64,000 nt of DNA from assembly GCA_041911695.1 (NCBI GenBank), contig JAYROM010000144.1, positions 1,149 to 65,148 of the forward strand, written 5' to 3'. The notes under the pieces were generated by a model. That model did no database searches, had not been told where the DNA came from, and worked only from the letters and a program-made list of their open reading frames with translations. Below, one piece after another: positions 45,606-55,301 of the stretch. Origin of the DNA: Aeromonadaceae bacterium. GTDB taxonomy: Bacteria > Pseudomonadota > Gammaproteobacteria > Enterobacterales > Aeromonadaceae. Positions within the stretch are counted from its first letter, which is position 1; every line of letters begins with the position of its first letter. Position numbers and translations under genes: made by a program.

Positions 45606-46157
45606 TCAGGCATCACCGACCCCAAGTGGCGGCTCTGGCGCCAGCGGTGACGGCGCACTGGCTTCCGGCGCTGGCCACTCAGCGGGGCGCTGATAGGCAA
45701 TCCGGTTGATAAACCACAGCTTGCGACCGGCCGGCGTCACCACTTCCGCCTCGTCGTCTTCGGCCTTCTTCAACAGGGCGCGCGCCATCGGTGCATCGAT
45801 CGAGATGTAATCCTTGCGCAGAAAGATCTCGTCCGGACCGACAATCCGAAAGCGGTGCAACTCGCCCTCTCCGTTTTCGACCTCGACCCAGGCCCCGAAG
45901 AACACCTTGCCCTCCTGCTGTGCGGCATAGTCCACGACCTTGAGCAGCTCGATACACTTGCGCAAATAGCGTACCCGGCGATCAATCTCGCGCAGTAGAC
46001 GCTTATTATATTGGTAATCCGCGTTCTCACTACGGTCGCCGAGGCTGGCCGCCCAGGTCACCTTGCGGGTCACATCCGGTCGTTTTTCGCGCCACAGATA
46101 GTCCAGCTCCTGCTTGAGTGCTTCGTAACCTTCGCGGGTAATTAAAGGGGTCTTCAT
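45606..46157 (-). CDS. greB: Transcription elongation factor GreB
   Basis: MKTPLITREGY..WAASLGDRSENADYQYNK..LREIDRRVRYL. Confidence 0.97.
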   Translation of the reverse strand: MKTPLITREGYEALKQELDYLWREKRPDVTRKVTWAASLGDRSENADYQYNKRLLREIDRRVRYLRKCIELLKVVDYAAQQEGKVFFGAWVEVENGEGELHRFRIVGPDEIFLRKDYISIDAPMARALLKKAEDDEAEVVTPAGRKLWFINRIAYQRPAEWPAPEASAPSPLAPEPPLGVGDA

Positions 46158-46218
46158 GTTTGCTCCTCGGTCTGGTCGACGCCATTATCGACCAGACCGC
46201 GCAGCGATGCACGGGCGG

Positions 46219-47157
46219 TTAGCCCAAAGTCGGCGCCAGATTGGCACGCATGGCCGCGGACAGCGTCTCCAGCCAGGCAAAACGGTGGCGGTACATGGCC
46301 CGTTTCTTCGATGGCACCTCGTCCAGTGACTTGTGGGCCGCCGGCAGCAGGCGGGTGAACTTGTCGTTATAGGGTGCCGACGGCCACTCCTGCCACAGGG
46401 CGTCATAGTCGATTTTGACACAGCCCTGTTTGCGGCGCCGATAGTAGGGCGAACGGAACACATGGCTCTGGCTGGTCACCGCCAGCACTTGGGGAATCGA
46501 CCAGACCTCAGCCAGTTGCAGCACCAACTCCAGCAACAAATCGCGCGGGCGCAAGCCAAAGCCCATTTTGGTCAACAAGCGGATGCCCTCGCGCGCCGCC
46601 TCGCTACCCAGCTTACCGGTCGGCCCCTGCATCACACCAATCACCAAGGCAGGTTGTTCTGCTTGATGAATAATCGAGAAGGCACAGGTATACCAGCGGC
46701 GGTTGGACGCATCGACAATCGACAGCGCCAGTTCGCCCTCGCGGCGAAAACGCGGCTCGTAACGCAGCACGATGCGAAACGGATCGCCCTGTTCATCCGC
46801 CACCGGGTACTGGCCCACCTCGATGCCCGACTCAAGATAGAGCGGCGCAATCAGTGCCGGGAGCTGTTGGCGAAGAAACGTATAGTGATCGGTCATCAGG
46901 CAGGCCCGTTGCCAGGCCGACGCCTGCGCATGCAGATAAGGACGAGTGACCTTATCCAGCAACGACGGCTCGCGGGCCGGTAACGCGCGTAACAGGGGGT
47001 CACTGAACACTGACCAGACGCGTGCCAGCGGACGTCGATACAAACACCCCCGCAGCAGATAGCGCAGGCGATGCATGCACCAGTGACGGGAGTGAGCTGG
47101 ATGTGCCAGGCGAGCAAGCTGCCAGACACTGAAACGAGTGGGGGTTAGTACAGTCAT
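46219..47157 (-). CDS. VirK/YbjX (DUF535) family protein
   Basis: RPYL, HY, REGEL, IGVMQG, GLRP, DYDALW, SKKRAMYRHRF. Confidence 0.88.
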   Translation of the reverse strand: MTVLTPTRFSVWQLARLAHPAHSRHWCMHRLRYLLRGCLYRRPLARVWSVFSDPLLRALPAREPSLLDKVTRPYLHAQASAWQRACLMTDHYTFLRQQLPALIAPLYLESGIEVGQYPVADEQGDPFRIVLRYEPRFRREGELALSIVDASNRRWYTCAFSIIHQAEQPALVIGVMQGPTGKLGSEAAREGIRLLTKMGFGLRPRDLLLELVLQLAEVWSIPQVLAVTSQSHVFRSPYYRRRKQGCVKIDYDALWQEWPSAPYNDKFTRLLPAAHKSLDEVPSKKRAMYRHRFAWLETLSAAMRANLAPTLG

Positions 47158-47237
47158 TTTTTTATTTGCCAGTCATGGAATGCTTGGACGGCGACAGCGC
47201 ATCCATGTCAGTTATCGCCGGATCGCGTTCGGTATAA

Positions 47238-47259
47238 CATAGTGATCTAGGTCACACCA
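47238..47259. promoter_or_regulatory. Near-consensus CRP site between the divergent VirK-family gene and tex
   Basis: CAT-AGTGA-TCTAGG-TCACA-CCA versus ideal TGTGA-TCTAGA-TCACA. Confidence 0.65.
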
Positions 47260-47518
47260 GAAAGTGATTGTGTCAGGATGTACAAACCGTAAAAGCGGGT
47301 TCATCTGGCCATATTTCTTAATTTTTCTGGCCAGTGGGTGGCATACCCCCAGCAATTCCGAAGTGAGCCAGCGACCATGCCCTCAACGCCGCGATAGCTG
47401 CGCGAACCGCCATCGTCTGCCACCATGATGACTAGGTTCAGACGCCATCTCCGGCTATGCTGCTAGGGTTGAATGCGGACCATGTGCCGCACTATCTGAT
47501 GTTTAGCCAGAGATCCTG

Positions 47519-49852
47519 ATGACTGCTATCAACCAATTGATTGCCCATGAACTCGCCTGCCGACCAGCTCAGGTCGATGCGGCGGTGCGCCTGCTGGATG
47601 AGGGGGCGACGGTCCCGTTTATTGCCCGCTACCGTAAAGAGATCACCGGCGGGCTGGATGACACCCAACTGCGCCAGCTCGAACAACGACTCGGCTACCT
47701 GCGCGAACTCGAAGATCGCCGCCAGACCATACTGTCGAGCATCGACGAGCAGGGGTTGCTGACCCCGGCGCTCCGGGCTGACCTGCTGGCCGCCGATTCC
47801 AAGACGCGGTTGGAAGATCTCTATCTGCCCTATCGCCCCAAACGCCGCACCCGCGGTCAGATGGCGATCGAGGCAGGGCTCGCACCGCTGGCCGACCTGT
47901 TACTTGCCGAACCGCAACGTGATCCGGAACGCGAGGCGCAAGCCTTTATCAATAGCGAGCTCGGCATCGCCGATACCAAATCAGCCCTCGACGGCGCCCG
48001 CTATATCCTGATGGAGCGCTTTGCCGAGGATGCCACCCTGCTCGAGCAGATGCGTGATTATCTGTGGCAGTACGCGCGGCTCAAAGCCAGTGTACAGGCC
48101 GGCAAGGAGCAGGAAGGGGCCAAATTCAGCGACTATTTTGACCATGAGGAGCCATTGGCCAAGGTCCCGTCGCACCGTATGCTGGCCATGCTGCGTGGAC
48201 GCAACGAGGGGATCCTCAGCCTGGCCCTGCTGGCCGGCGAGGATAGCGGCAGCCACCCTTGCGAAGGGCTGATTGCGATCCGTCAGGGGCTGCGTCAACA
48301 AGGAAGGCCGGCCGATGCCTGGTTGGCCAGCGTGGTCAGCTGGACCTGGAAAATCAAGCTCGCCCCGCAGATGGAGACCGAGCTGATTGGCCGCTTGCGC
48401 GAACAGGCCGAAGCAGAGGCGATCCGCGTGTTTGCCAGCAATCTCAAGGATCTGCTGATGGCCGCGCCGGCGGGGATGAAAACCACCATGGGGCTGGATC
48501 CGGGGATCCGCACCGGGGTCAAGGTGGCGATTGTCGATAGCACTGGCAAGCTGGTGGCCACCGATACCATCTATCCGTTTGAACCGCGCCGCCAGGTCGA
48601 GCAATCCCTGCAGACGCTGTATACCCTATGCCACCGCCATGACGTGGGGCTGATCAGCATCGGCAACGGTACCGCCTCGCGCGAAACCGAGCGCTTGGTC
48701 GGCGAGCTGCTGCAACGTCACCCGGCGTTGCAGGCACAAAAGGTGGTGGTCAGCGAGGCTGGCGCCTCGGTCTACTCCGCCTCCGAACTCGCCGCCAACG
48801 AGTTCCCGGATCTGGATGTCTCGCTGCGTGGCGCGGTGTCGATTGCCCGCCGCTTGCAGGATCCGCTGGCCGAGCTGGTCAAGATCGATCCGAAAAGCAT
48901 CGGCGTCGGCCAGTACCAGCATGATGTCAGCCAGACCTTGCTGGCACGCAACCTGGAAACCGTGGTCGAGGACTGCGTCAACGCCGTCGGCGTTGATATC
49001 AACACCGCCTCGGTGCCGTTGCTGAGTCGAGTCTCCGGCCTGACCGCCACCCTGGCGCGGAATATTGTCAGCTGGCGTGATAGCCACGGCGCCTTCCGCC
49101 ATCGTCGCCAACTGCTAGAAGTCGCCCGGCTGGGACCGAAAGCGTTCGAGCAGTGTGCCGGCTTCCTGCGCATCCGCCACGGCGACAATGCGCTGGACGC
49201 CTCGGCGGTACATCCGGAAGCCTATCCGGTGGTCGAACGCATCCTGGCGCAGACCGGGCTTGAGGTCAGCGCGCTGATCGGTAACAGCAGCCTGCTGCGT
49301 ACCTTGTCACCGGCCGCCTTCACCGATGAACGATTCGGTGTGCCGACGGTGACCGATATCATCGGCGAGCTGGATAAACCCGGCCGCGACCCGCGCCCGG
49401 AGTTCCGCACTGCCACCTTCCGCGAGGGGGTCGAGACGCTGCAGGATCTGGAGCCCGGCATGCAGCTGGAAGGCTGTGTCACCAACGTGACCAACTTCGG
49501 CGCCTTCGTCGATATCGGCGTCCATCAGGATGGCCTGGTACATATCTCCGCCCTGACCGACCGGTTCATCAATGATCCGCGCGAGGTGGTCAAGGCCGGG
49601 GATATCGTCCAGGTCAAGGTGGTGGAGGTCGACATCCCGCGCAAGCGTATTGCCCTGACCATGCGTCTACAGGACAGGCCGGCACAGGGTGGCAGCCAGC
49701 CAGCGCGCAGCAGCACCCCACGCGACAATCCGCCCCGCCGTCCGGCGCGTGATGGCGGCGCATCGACTGGCAAAGGGGGCACGGCTGGTAACGCCCCAGC
49801 CGGTAATAATGCCTTCGCCGATGCCTTTGCCCGCGCCAAGCGCGGCCGCTAA
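47519..49852 (+). CDS. yhgF: Tex/YhgF RNA-binding transcriptional accessory protein
   Basis: [33 protein letters not shown]-terminal S1 domain ([16 protein letters not shown]). Confidence 0.96.
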   Translation: MTAINQLIAHELACRPAQVDAAVRLLDEGATVPFIARYRKEITGGLDDTQLRQLEQRLGYLRELEDRRQTILSSIDEQGLLTPALRADLLAADSKTRLEDLYLPYRPKRRTRGQMAIEAGLAPLADLLLAEPQRDPEREAQAFINSELGIADTKSALDGARYILMERFAEDATLLEQMRDYLWQYARLKASVQAGKEQEGAKFSDYFDHEEPLAKVPSHRMLAMLRGRNEGILSLALLAGEDSGSHPCEGLIAIRQGLRQQGRPADAWLASVVSWTWKIKLAPQMETELIGRLREQAEAEAIRVFASNLKDLLMAAPAGMKTTMGLDPGIRTGVKVAIVDSTGKLVATDTIYPFEPRRQVEQSLQTLYTLCHRHDVGLISIGNGTASRETERLVGELLQRHPALQAQKVVVSEAGASVYSASELAANEFPDLDVSLRGAVSIARRLQDPLAELVKIDPKSIGVGQYQHDVSQTLLARNLETVVEDCVNAVGVDINTASVPLLSRVSGLTATLARNIVSWRDSHGAFRHRRQLLEVARLGPKAFEQCAGFLRIRHGDNALDASAVHPEAYPVVERILAQTGLEVSALIGNSSLLRTLSPAAFTDERFGVPTVTDIIGELDKPGRDPRPEFRTATFREGVETLQDLEPGMQLEGCVTNVTNFGAFVDIGVHQDGLVHISALTDRFINDPREVVKAGDIVQVKVVEVDIPRKRIALTMRLQDRPAQGGSQPARSSTPRDNPPRRPARDGGASTGKGGTAGNAPAGNNAFADAFARAKRGR

Positions 49853-49873
49853 TACCGATGTTGGCCGCATAAC

Positions 49874-49903
49874 AACAAGGGCGCCATAAGGCGCCCTTGT
49901 TTT
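49874..49903 (+). terminator. tex terminator (probably bidirectional)
   Basis: AACAAGGGCGCC-ATAA-GGCGCCCTTGTT-TT. Confidence 0.85.
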
Positions 49904-49988
49904 ATCTCCCCCCAGCGCAGGTTCATCGCGTCACAGGGGGGCAACCAAAACGCATGAGCACGCAGCAGGCGAGCATCTAGCTATTGGC

Positions 49989-50336
49989 TCAGAACATCCA
50001 GGTCGTCGGATTGGGAATCGCCTGTTGGTTATCAGCATACTTCATCCCCTTCACACAACGCACGATCAGCCAGATGACCCAGAACAACAGGATAAACCAA
50101 CCGATGATCACCAGCGAGAGCAGGCTGCCTACCAATATGTAGAGGCCACCAATCCAGAAGGTGCGGATCTGATAGCGGTAGTGCGTGGATAACCACTCCG
50201 GCGCATCACTTTTGTTTACATAAGCGACAATCACGCCAACAATCCCGGTCAGCCCAATCAAAATGGCGACCAGATAGAGGATATACACCAGCTTGACACT
50301 ACCGGTAGAAACCGGCTTTTCCATCACTTCATCCAT
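49989..50336 (-). CDS. Small membrane protein (DUF4870-like)
   Basis: Three TM segments, GVIVAY, HYRYQIRTFW, RCVKG, NPTTW; GGAG RBS. Confidence 0.85.
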   Translation of the reverse strand: MDEVMEKPVSTGSVKLVYILYLVAILIGLTGIVGVIVAYVNKSDAPEWLSTHYRYQIRTFWIGGLYILVGSLLSLVIIGWFILLFWVIWLIVRCVKGMKYADNQQAIPNPTTWMF

Positions 50337-50479
50337 TATTCACTCCATGACATGTGCTTGATTGGTCAACAAATATCGAGCCTGCCTACTATTTCATAAG
50401 CATCAGAACAAAAGAATGCTGCTATTTCGGAAAAGCCGATCAATTGTCAGATGTGACAAGAGACAAGGAGGGCTGTGTA

Positions 50480-51457
50480 TCAGGCGTAACGGCTGACGGT
50501 GGCAGGCTGGGTGGACTGCCAGGATTGGGCATAACGGCGACTGATGGCAAGATTGCGTAGCGTCATCACCGGCGACTGCTCCTCCTGCTTTGGATCGTTA
50601 ATGCTGCGGATCAAGGTCTCTGCCGCCGGTGCCTGTTCACTCAACCGCTGTGCTTGCGCGCTGGGCTGTTGTTGCTGGCGTAATTCATCGGCTCGCGCCT
50701 GCTCCGCAATCTGTGCGGCGCGGGCGGCAACTCGCCGGTCTTGTGGCGAGGGCTCTTGCGGCGCCAGGGCAGCACGCTCGATTTGCTGCATTTTCTGGAT
50801 AGTGGCTTGTGGCGTAGCCTCTTTGGACAGGTCAATCTTGACCTCACCACCGGTTGCATAGCTTTTACCATCCGGTCCACGCGTCAGATCAAAGGTCGGT
50901 GCCTGGGCATATTGGCCACCATTGATCTGATGAGCACTCTCATGTTGGCGGACCTCTTCATCGCGGGTGGAGAGCGCCTCGACCGCTTTTTGCTCTTCGC
51001 TGGTCAGCGGTTGCCCTGCGGTATCCTGCTTGTCTGCCCCCGGATCTGCGGGGCTATCTGCGTCGCCATCCGTTGCGGTCGAGGTCTGATCATCGCCACT
51101 GCTGGCTGGCTGTTCCTGGCTATGGGCCTGCTCGGACTGGGCAGTAGGCTCGGCATGCTGATCCTGGGCGGCATGATGGTCACGTTGCTCTTGCGAGGCA
51201 TCTTCCGATTGCCGCTGGATCGCCTCTTGAGTCAGCGTCACTGTGGTATCACTGGCCAGCGTCGACGACGTACTCTGGCGACCATCCTGGGTGCGATATT
51301 TATCCTTATCACTGCCAACTTGTGACTCGCGGGCATAGGCTTCGCTTTGCCCGGTGGCGGGAATCAATTCTCGCCCACGGGTCTCCCGCCAGGCCGCTTC
51401 GGTCCCGGGATGCAGTGCCAGTGGCACCATATTGGGGTAGGTCGTCGAGACAGCCAT
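50480..51457 (-). CDS. SprA-related / putative metalloprotease (CJM1_0395-like)
   Basis: RDEEVRQHESAH..GG..GPDGKSYATGGEVKID..TIQKMQQIERAALAPQEPSPQDRRVAA, with low-complexity flanks. Confidence 0.85.
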   Translation of the reverse strand: MAVSTTYPNMVPLALHPGTEAAWRETRGRELIPATGQSEAYARESQVGSDKDKYRTQDGRQSTSSTLASDTTVTLTQEAIQRQSEDASQEQRDHHAAQDQHAEPTAQSEQAHSQEQPASSGDDQTSTATDGDADSPADPGADKQDTAGQPLTSEEQKAVEALSTRDEEVRQHESAHQINGGQYAQAPTFDLTRGPDGKSYATGGEVKIDLSKEATPQATIQKMQQIERAALAPQEPSPQDRRVAARAAQIAEQARADELRQQQQPSAQAQRLSEQAPAAETLIRSINDPKQEEQSPVMTLRNLAISRRYAQSWQSTQPATVSRYA

Positions 51458-51482
51458 CACACGCTCCGCCCAAGGTAGCTGC

Positions 51483-51743
51483 TCAGACGTGGATATCCAG
51501 TAAGGTACCCATCATCTCATCGGCTGTTTTGACCACTTTGGCCGAGGTCATGCCCGCCTGCTCGCCACTCTTCAAGCTCACCAGTGCACTGGTGGTATCG
51601 ACCGGCCGTGGCGTCTCCACCGAGGTTGACGTGGTCGTCCCGGCGCGCGCCAGATCCTGCGCACTCTGATCGACCTGCTGGCTCGCTCGCTGGAAACCGA
51701 GCACACCACTGTTCATGGCACTCGAGGGTCCGCTAATGTTCAT
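51483..51743 (-). CDS. Small protein resembling the terminal helices of flagellar basal-body rod/hook proteins
   Basis: GGAGG RBS; SAMNSGVLGFQRASQQVDQSAQDLA..VDTTSALV..SAKVVKTADEMMGTLLDIHV. Confidence 0.75.
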   Translation of the reverse strand: MNISGPSSAMNSGVLGFQRASQQVDQSAQDLARAGTTTSTSVETPRPVDTTSALVSLKSGEQAGMTSAKVVKTADEMMGTLLDIHV

Positions 51744-51844
51744 GGTGACCTCCATCAGGGTTGGCTGGTGATCATTTACACCCTTACAGGCTAATTATTG
51801 ACCAGAACTGTCCACAATGAAAGTCACCCTGGGCGCACCGTCTA

Positions 51845-52624
51845 TCAGATGGACCGATAAAAGCGTTGGATGATGTCAACAAACGCATTCGTTTCGGTCA
51901 GGAAAGGCGCATGCGCCGACGCGCTAAACAGGTGCGTGGTCACCATTGGCTGCTGAAAACAGGCTTGAGCCATCACCGCATGAGGCACCAGGCCATCCAG
52001 TCGGCCAAACAGACAAAGCGTAGGAACGCTCAGGTTGGCCAACTGATCACGCAAATCCAAGGATTCCAACCAGTGCAGCCCCTGGGCCAAGGCACCGGGA
52101 TCCGCCGCCGGCAGTTGCTGCAACTGTGCACGCAGGGTCCGCATCTCATCACGTGCCTGCGGACTGCCCATGGCTTGCACCGCGAGAAATCGCTCGATGG
52201 TTTTGTGGCTGTCCGCCTGCAACTGACTGGCAAACCCGGCCAGTACACCCGGTCGGGTCCCTGGCCATGCCTCTTCTGCGACAAAGCGGGGGGAAGCGCA
52301 GACCGACACCACAGCGCGCACGCGCGCCGGCGCGTAGGCCGCCAGTGACCAGGCCAGCATGCCGCCCAGCGACCAGCCGAGCACATACGCCTGCGCCGGC
52401 AACTGCTCTGCGATCAGGGCGACCCGCGCCGCCCAGGCCGAGCTGGTCGCGGCCGCAGTCCATGGCGATCCACCGTAACCCGGCAGATCCAGGCTATGCA
52501 CACAAAAATGGCCGGCCAATCGCTCGGCTAACGGGCGCAACACAGCACGATTCATCCCCCAACCGTTGAGCAATACCAGGTCTGGCCCGGTCCCAATCAC
52601 CTCTTTTTCCAATTGTTGTCTCAT
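51845..52624 (-). CDS. bioH: Pimeloyl-ACP methyl ester esterase
   Basis: DLVLLNGWGMN, DLPGYG, GWSLGG, GRLDGLVP, HAPF. Confidence 0.93.
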   Translation of the reverse strand: MRQQLEKEVIGTGPDLVLLNGWGMNRAVLRPLAERLAGHFCVHSLDLPGYGGSPWTAAATSSAWAARVALIAEQLPAQAYVLGWSLGGMLAWSLAAYAPARVRAVVSVCASPRFVAEEAWPGTRPGVLAGFASQLQADSHKTIERFLAVQAMGSPQARDEMRTLRAQLQQLPAADPGALAQGLHWLESLDLRDQLANLSVPTLCLFGRLDGLVPHAVMAQACFQQPMVTTHLFSASAHAPFLTETNAFVDIIQRFYRSI

Positions 52625-52668
52625 GCTTTACCGCGCTGACGTCCTGTTCTCGTGCAGCTTGACTGCAC

Positions 52669-52729
52669 CGCACCAAGAAAGTGCACCAAATTCGTCCTAT
52701 CCTGTATAGCAATGCATCAAAGCAGAGCA
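52669..52729. promoter_or_regulatory. NtrC enhancer sites upstream of amtB
   Basis: CGCACCAAGAAAGTGCA (52669-52685) and TGCATCAAAGCAGAGCA (52713-52729) versus TGCACC-N5-GGTGCA. Confidence 0.65.
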
Positions 52730-52801
52730 CAGTTCCTCGTGCACGCCCCTGAAATCGGCGCAAAGCGACGAGGAATCCCCTGTTTGGCGCACTTTTCAGG
52801 G

Positions 52802-52818
52802 TTGGCACGTTTCCTGCG
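52802..52818 (+). promoter_or_regulatory. sigma54 (-24/-12) promoter of amtB
   Basis: TTGGCACG-TTTC-CTGCG, with GG-N10-GC spacing. Confidence 0.78.
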
Positions 52819-52921
52819 AAAGAGATCCCAGGTTAGTGACACATCCTGTCCAGCCCCCAGGTTCAGCAGACCCTGGTCTGTACGAATTACAGGACATGAT
52901 TCTTTCAGGGAGATACCGAGA

Positions 52922-54409
52922 ATGAAACGCATATTTGCAATTCTGGCACTGGTCGGGGCATTCGGCCTCGCCAGTCCGGCCTGGTGCGATACCGCAGCAC
53001 CCAGTTCCGCCCCCGCTACCACGCAAACCGCCGCCCCGGCCGCTACACCGGCAGCGACCGCTGCGCCGGCAGCCACCCCGGCTGCTGCACCAGCTGATAC
53101 GGTGAACAAGGGCGACAATGCTTGGAACTTCGTCTGTGCTGCCTTCGTCATTCTGATGTCGGTACCGGGTCTGGCCCTGTTCTACGGCGGTCTGGTGCGC
53201 ACCAAGAACATGCTGTCGGTGCTGATGCAGGTGTTTGTGGTCTTCTCGCTGGCCACGGTACTGTGGGTCGCTTATGGCTATAGCGTGGCCTTCACGGAGG
53301 GCTCAGCCTTCTTTGGCGGCTTCAGCAAGCTGTTCCTGTCCGGTGTCACAATCGACTCCATCGCCGCCACCTTTACCAAGGGCGTGGGGATTTCCGAGCT
53401 CGGTTATGTCGCCTTCCAGGGCGCCTTTGCCGCGATTACCTGCTGTCTGATTCTCGGTGCTTTCGCTGAACGTATCCGTTTCTCAGCGGTCCTGTTGTTT
53501 ATGGTGTTCTGGTTCACCTTCTCCTACCTGCCGATGGCGCACATGGTGTGGTACTGGGCTGGTCCGGATGCCTACACCAGCGCTGAAGCCGCTGATGCCG
53601 CCAATGCCACTGCGGGCTGGTTGTTCCAGCACGGTGACCTTGACTTCGCTGGTGGTACTGTTGTCCATATTAATGCCGCTGTCGCTGGCCTGGTCGGTGC
53701 CTACTTCGTCGGTAAGCGTGTTGGTTTCGGCCGCGAGCTGATGGCACCGCACAGCCTGACCATGTCGATGATCGGTGCCTGTCTGCTGTGGTTCGGCTGG
53801 TTTGGTTTCAACGCCGGTTCCGCACTGGAAGCCAGTGGCGCCGCAGCATTGGCCTTTGTTAACACTTGGGTTGCCACCGCGATGGCCGCCCTGACCTGGA
53901 CCCTGGCCGAATGGAGCCTGAAGGGCAAGCCGTCCCTGCTGGGCGCTATCTCTGGTGCCGTAGCCGGTCTGGTTGCCATTACGCCGGCGTGTGGTTTCGT
54001 CGGTGTAGCTGGTGCCATGTTCATCGGCGGTCTGGCTGGTGTGGTCTGCTTGTGGGGTGTCAACGGTCTGAAGCGCCTGCTGAATGTTGACGACTCGCTG
54101 GACGTCTTCGGTGTGCACGGTGTCGGCGGTATCCTGGGTGCCCTGCTGACTGGCGTGTTCGCCTCCCCGGATCTGGGTGGTGTCGGTGTGTGGGATTACG
54201 TCGCTAACGGCGTGGCGCCAGACTACTCCATCGCCGCACAGGTCAAGATTCAGGCTATCGGTGTCCTGACCACCATCGTCTGGTCTGGTCTGGTCTCCAT
54301 CGTCGGCTTCTTCATCATCGACAAGCTGGTTGGCCTGCGTGTACCGGTCGAAGCTGAACGCGAAGGTCTGGACCTGACCTCGCATGGCGAACGTGCCTAC
54401 CACTACTAA
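52922..54409 (+). CDS. amtB: Ammonium transporter
   Basis: Signal peptide, PGLALFYGG, DFAGGTVVHINA, WFGWFGFNAGS, DDSLDVFGVHG, EREGLDLTSHGERAY. Confidence 0.97.
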   Translation: MKRIFAILALVGAFGLASPAWCDTAAPSSAPATTQTAAPAATPAATAAPAATPAAAPADTVNKGDNAWNFVCAAFVILMSVPGLALFYGGLVRTKNMLSVLMQVFVVFSLATVLWVAYGYSVAFTEGSAFFGGFSKLFLSGVTIDSIAATFTKGVGISELGYVAFQGAFAAITCCLILGAFAERIRFSAVLLFMVFWFTFSYLPMAHMVWYWAGPDAYTSAEAADAANATAGWLFQHGDLDFAGGTVVHINAAVAGLVGAYFVGKRVGFGRELMAPHSLTMSMIGACLLWFGWFGFNAGSALEASGAAALAFVNTWVATAMAALTWTLAEWSLKGKPSLLGAISGAVAGLVAITPACGFVGVAGAMFIGGLAGVVCLWGVNGLKRLLNVDDSLDVFGVHGVGGILGALLTGVFASPDLGGVGVWDYVANGVAPDYSIAAQVKIQAIGVLTTIVWSGLVSIVGFFIIDKLVGLRVPVEAEREGLDLTSHGERAYHY

Positions 54410-54426
54410 TTCCCTGTCATAACCAC

Positions 54427-54454
54427 AAGGGCGCCCACGGGCGCCCTTTTTATT
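54427..54454 (+). terminator. amtB terminator
   Basis: AAGGGCGCC-CACG-GGCGCCCTT-TTTATT. Confidence 0.85.
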
Positions 54455-54494
54455 ACGCTAGCCGGCACCTGTTCGCTCATCTCGAGATTGCGCC

Positions 54495-55244
54495 ATGCTG
54501 CGCCGGTTGCATACCCTGCTCTACACTGCCCCGTGGTCCGGGGTCTGCCTGCTGTGTCGACAGCCCACCCACCAACCATTGCTATGCGCCTGGTGTACCG
54601 CCGATCTGCCGCTCACCCGGCATGCCTGTCCCGGTTGCGGCATTGAGATGCCGAGCGCCGCTCGGCGTTGTGGTCGCTGCCAGCAACATCCTCCGGCTTG
54701 GGATCAGTTACGGATCCTCAGCGACTACCAACCTCCTTGGGATACCCTGATCGGACGGCTCAAATATCAACAACAACCCGAAATCGCCAGTTTGCTGGCC
54801 CGGTTGTTTGCCCGCCAGCATCCACGACTGGCCGAACCTGACGCCCTGCTACCGGTACCGATGCACTGGTGGCGCCAATGGCGGCGTGGCTATAACCAGG
54901 CCGAATGTCTGGCGCAGTGCCTGGCCGATGTCTACGCGCCACCCCGCGCCGGGCTCTCTCCGTCACCGATCACACCGTCACGTCTGCGGGTGGCCAATCA
55001 GCACCTGGTGCGCCAACGCGCCACCCGCAGCCAAGCACAACTCTCCCGCCAAGCGCGGCTACACAATCTACAGCAAGCGTTTCGCTGTCCGCCCATTCCG
55101 TGGCGTCGGGTGGCACTGGTAGATGATGTGGTAACCACCGGAGCCACCGCCGGTGTGCTGTGCGACCTGCTGCGCGCGGCTGGCGCCGAGTGGGTGGAAG
55201 TGTGGGCAATTTGTCGTACCCAACGGATCGGCAATCGGGACTAG
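54495..55244 (+). CDS. comF: ComF/GntX family phosphoribosyltransferase-like competence protein
   Basis: Four CxxC pairs, LKY, PVPMH..RGYNQA, LVDDVVTTGAT. Confidence 0.9.
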   Translation: MLRRLHTLLYTAPWSGVCLLCRQPTHQPLLCAWCTADLPLTRHACPGCGIEMPSAARRCGRCQQHPPAWDQLRILSDYQPPWDTLIGRLKYQQQPEIASLLARLFARQHPRLAEPDALLPVPMHWWRQWRRGYNQAECLAQCLADVYAPPRAGLSPSPITPSRLRVANQHLVRQRATRSQAQLSRQARLHNLQQAFRCPPIPWRRVALVDDVVTTGATAGVLCDLLRAAGAEWVEVWAICRTQRIGNRD

Positions 55245-55271
55245 GCGGCTGTTCAAAGGCGGAGTATGATA

Positions 55272-55296
55272 ATTTCTGAGCATTTCAGTCAGGATT
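55272..55296. promoter_or_regulatory. IscR type-1 site upstream of nfuA
   Basis: ATTTCTGAGCATTTCAGTCAGGATT, 19/25 match to ATASYYGACTRWWWYAGTCRRSTAT, just downstream of a TATGAT -10. Confidence 0.6.
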
Positions 55297-55301
55297 GGAC
55301 C

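Noticed and set aside
49874-54454. Near-identical CAAGGGCGCC..GGCGCCCTT hairpins after tex and amtB as REP elements
   Set aside because: Both are ordinary single intrinsic terminators; two copies do not establish a repeat family
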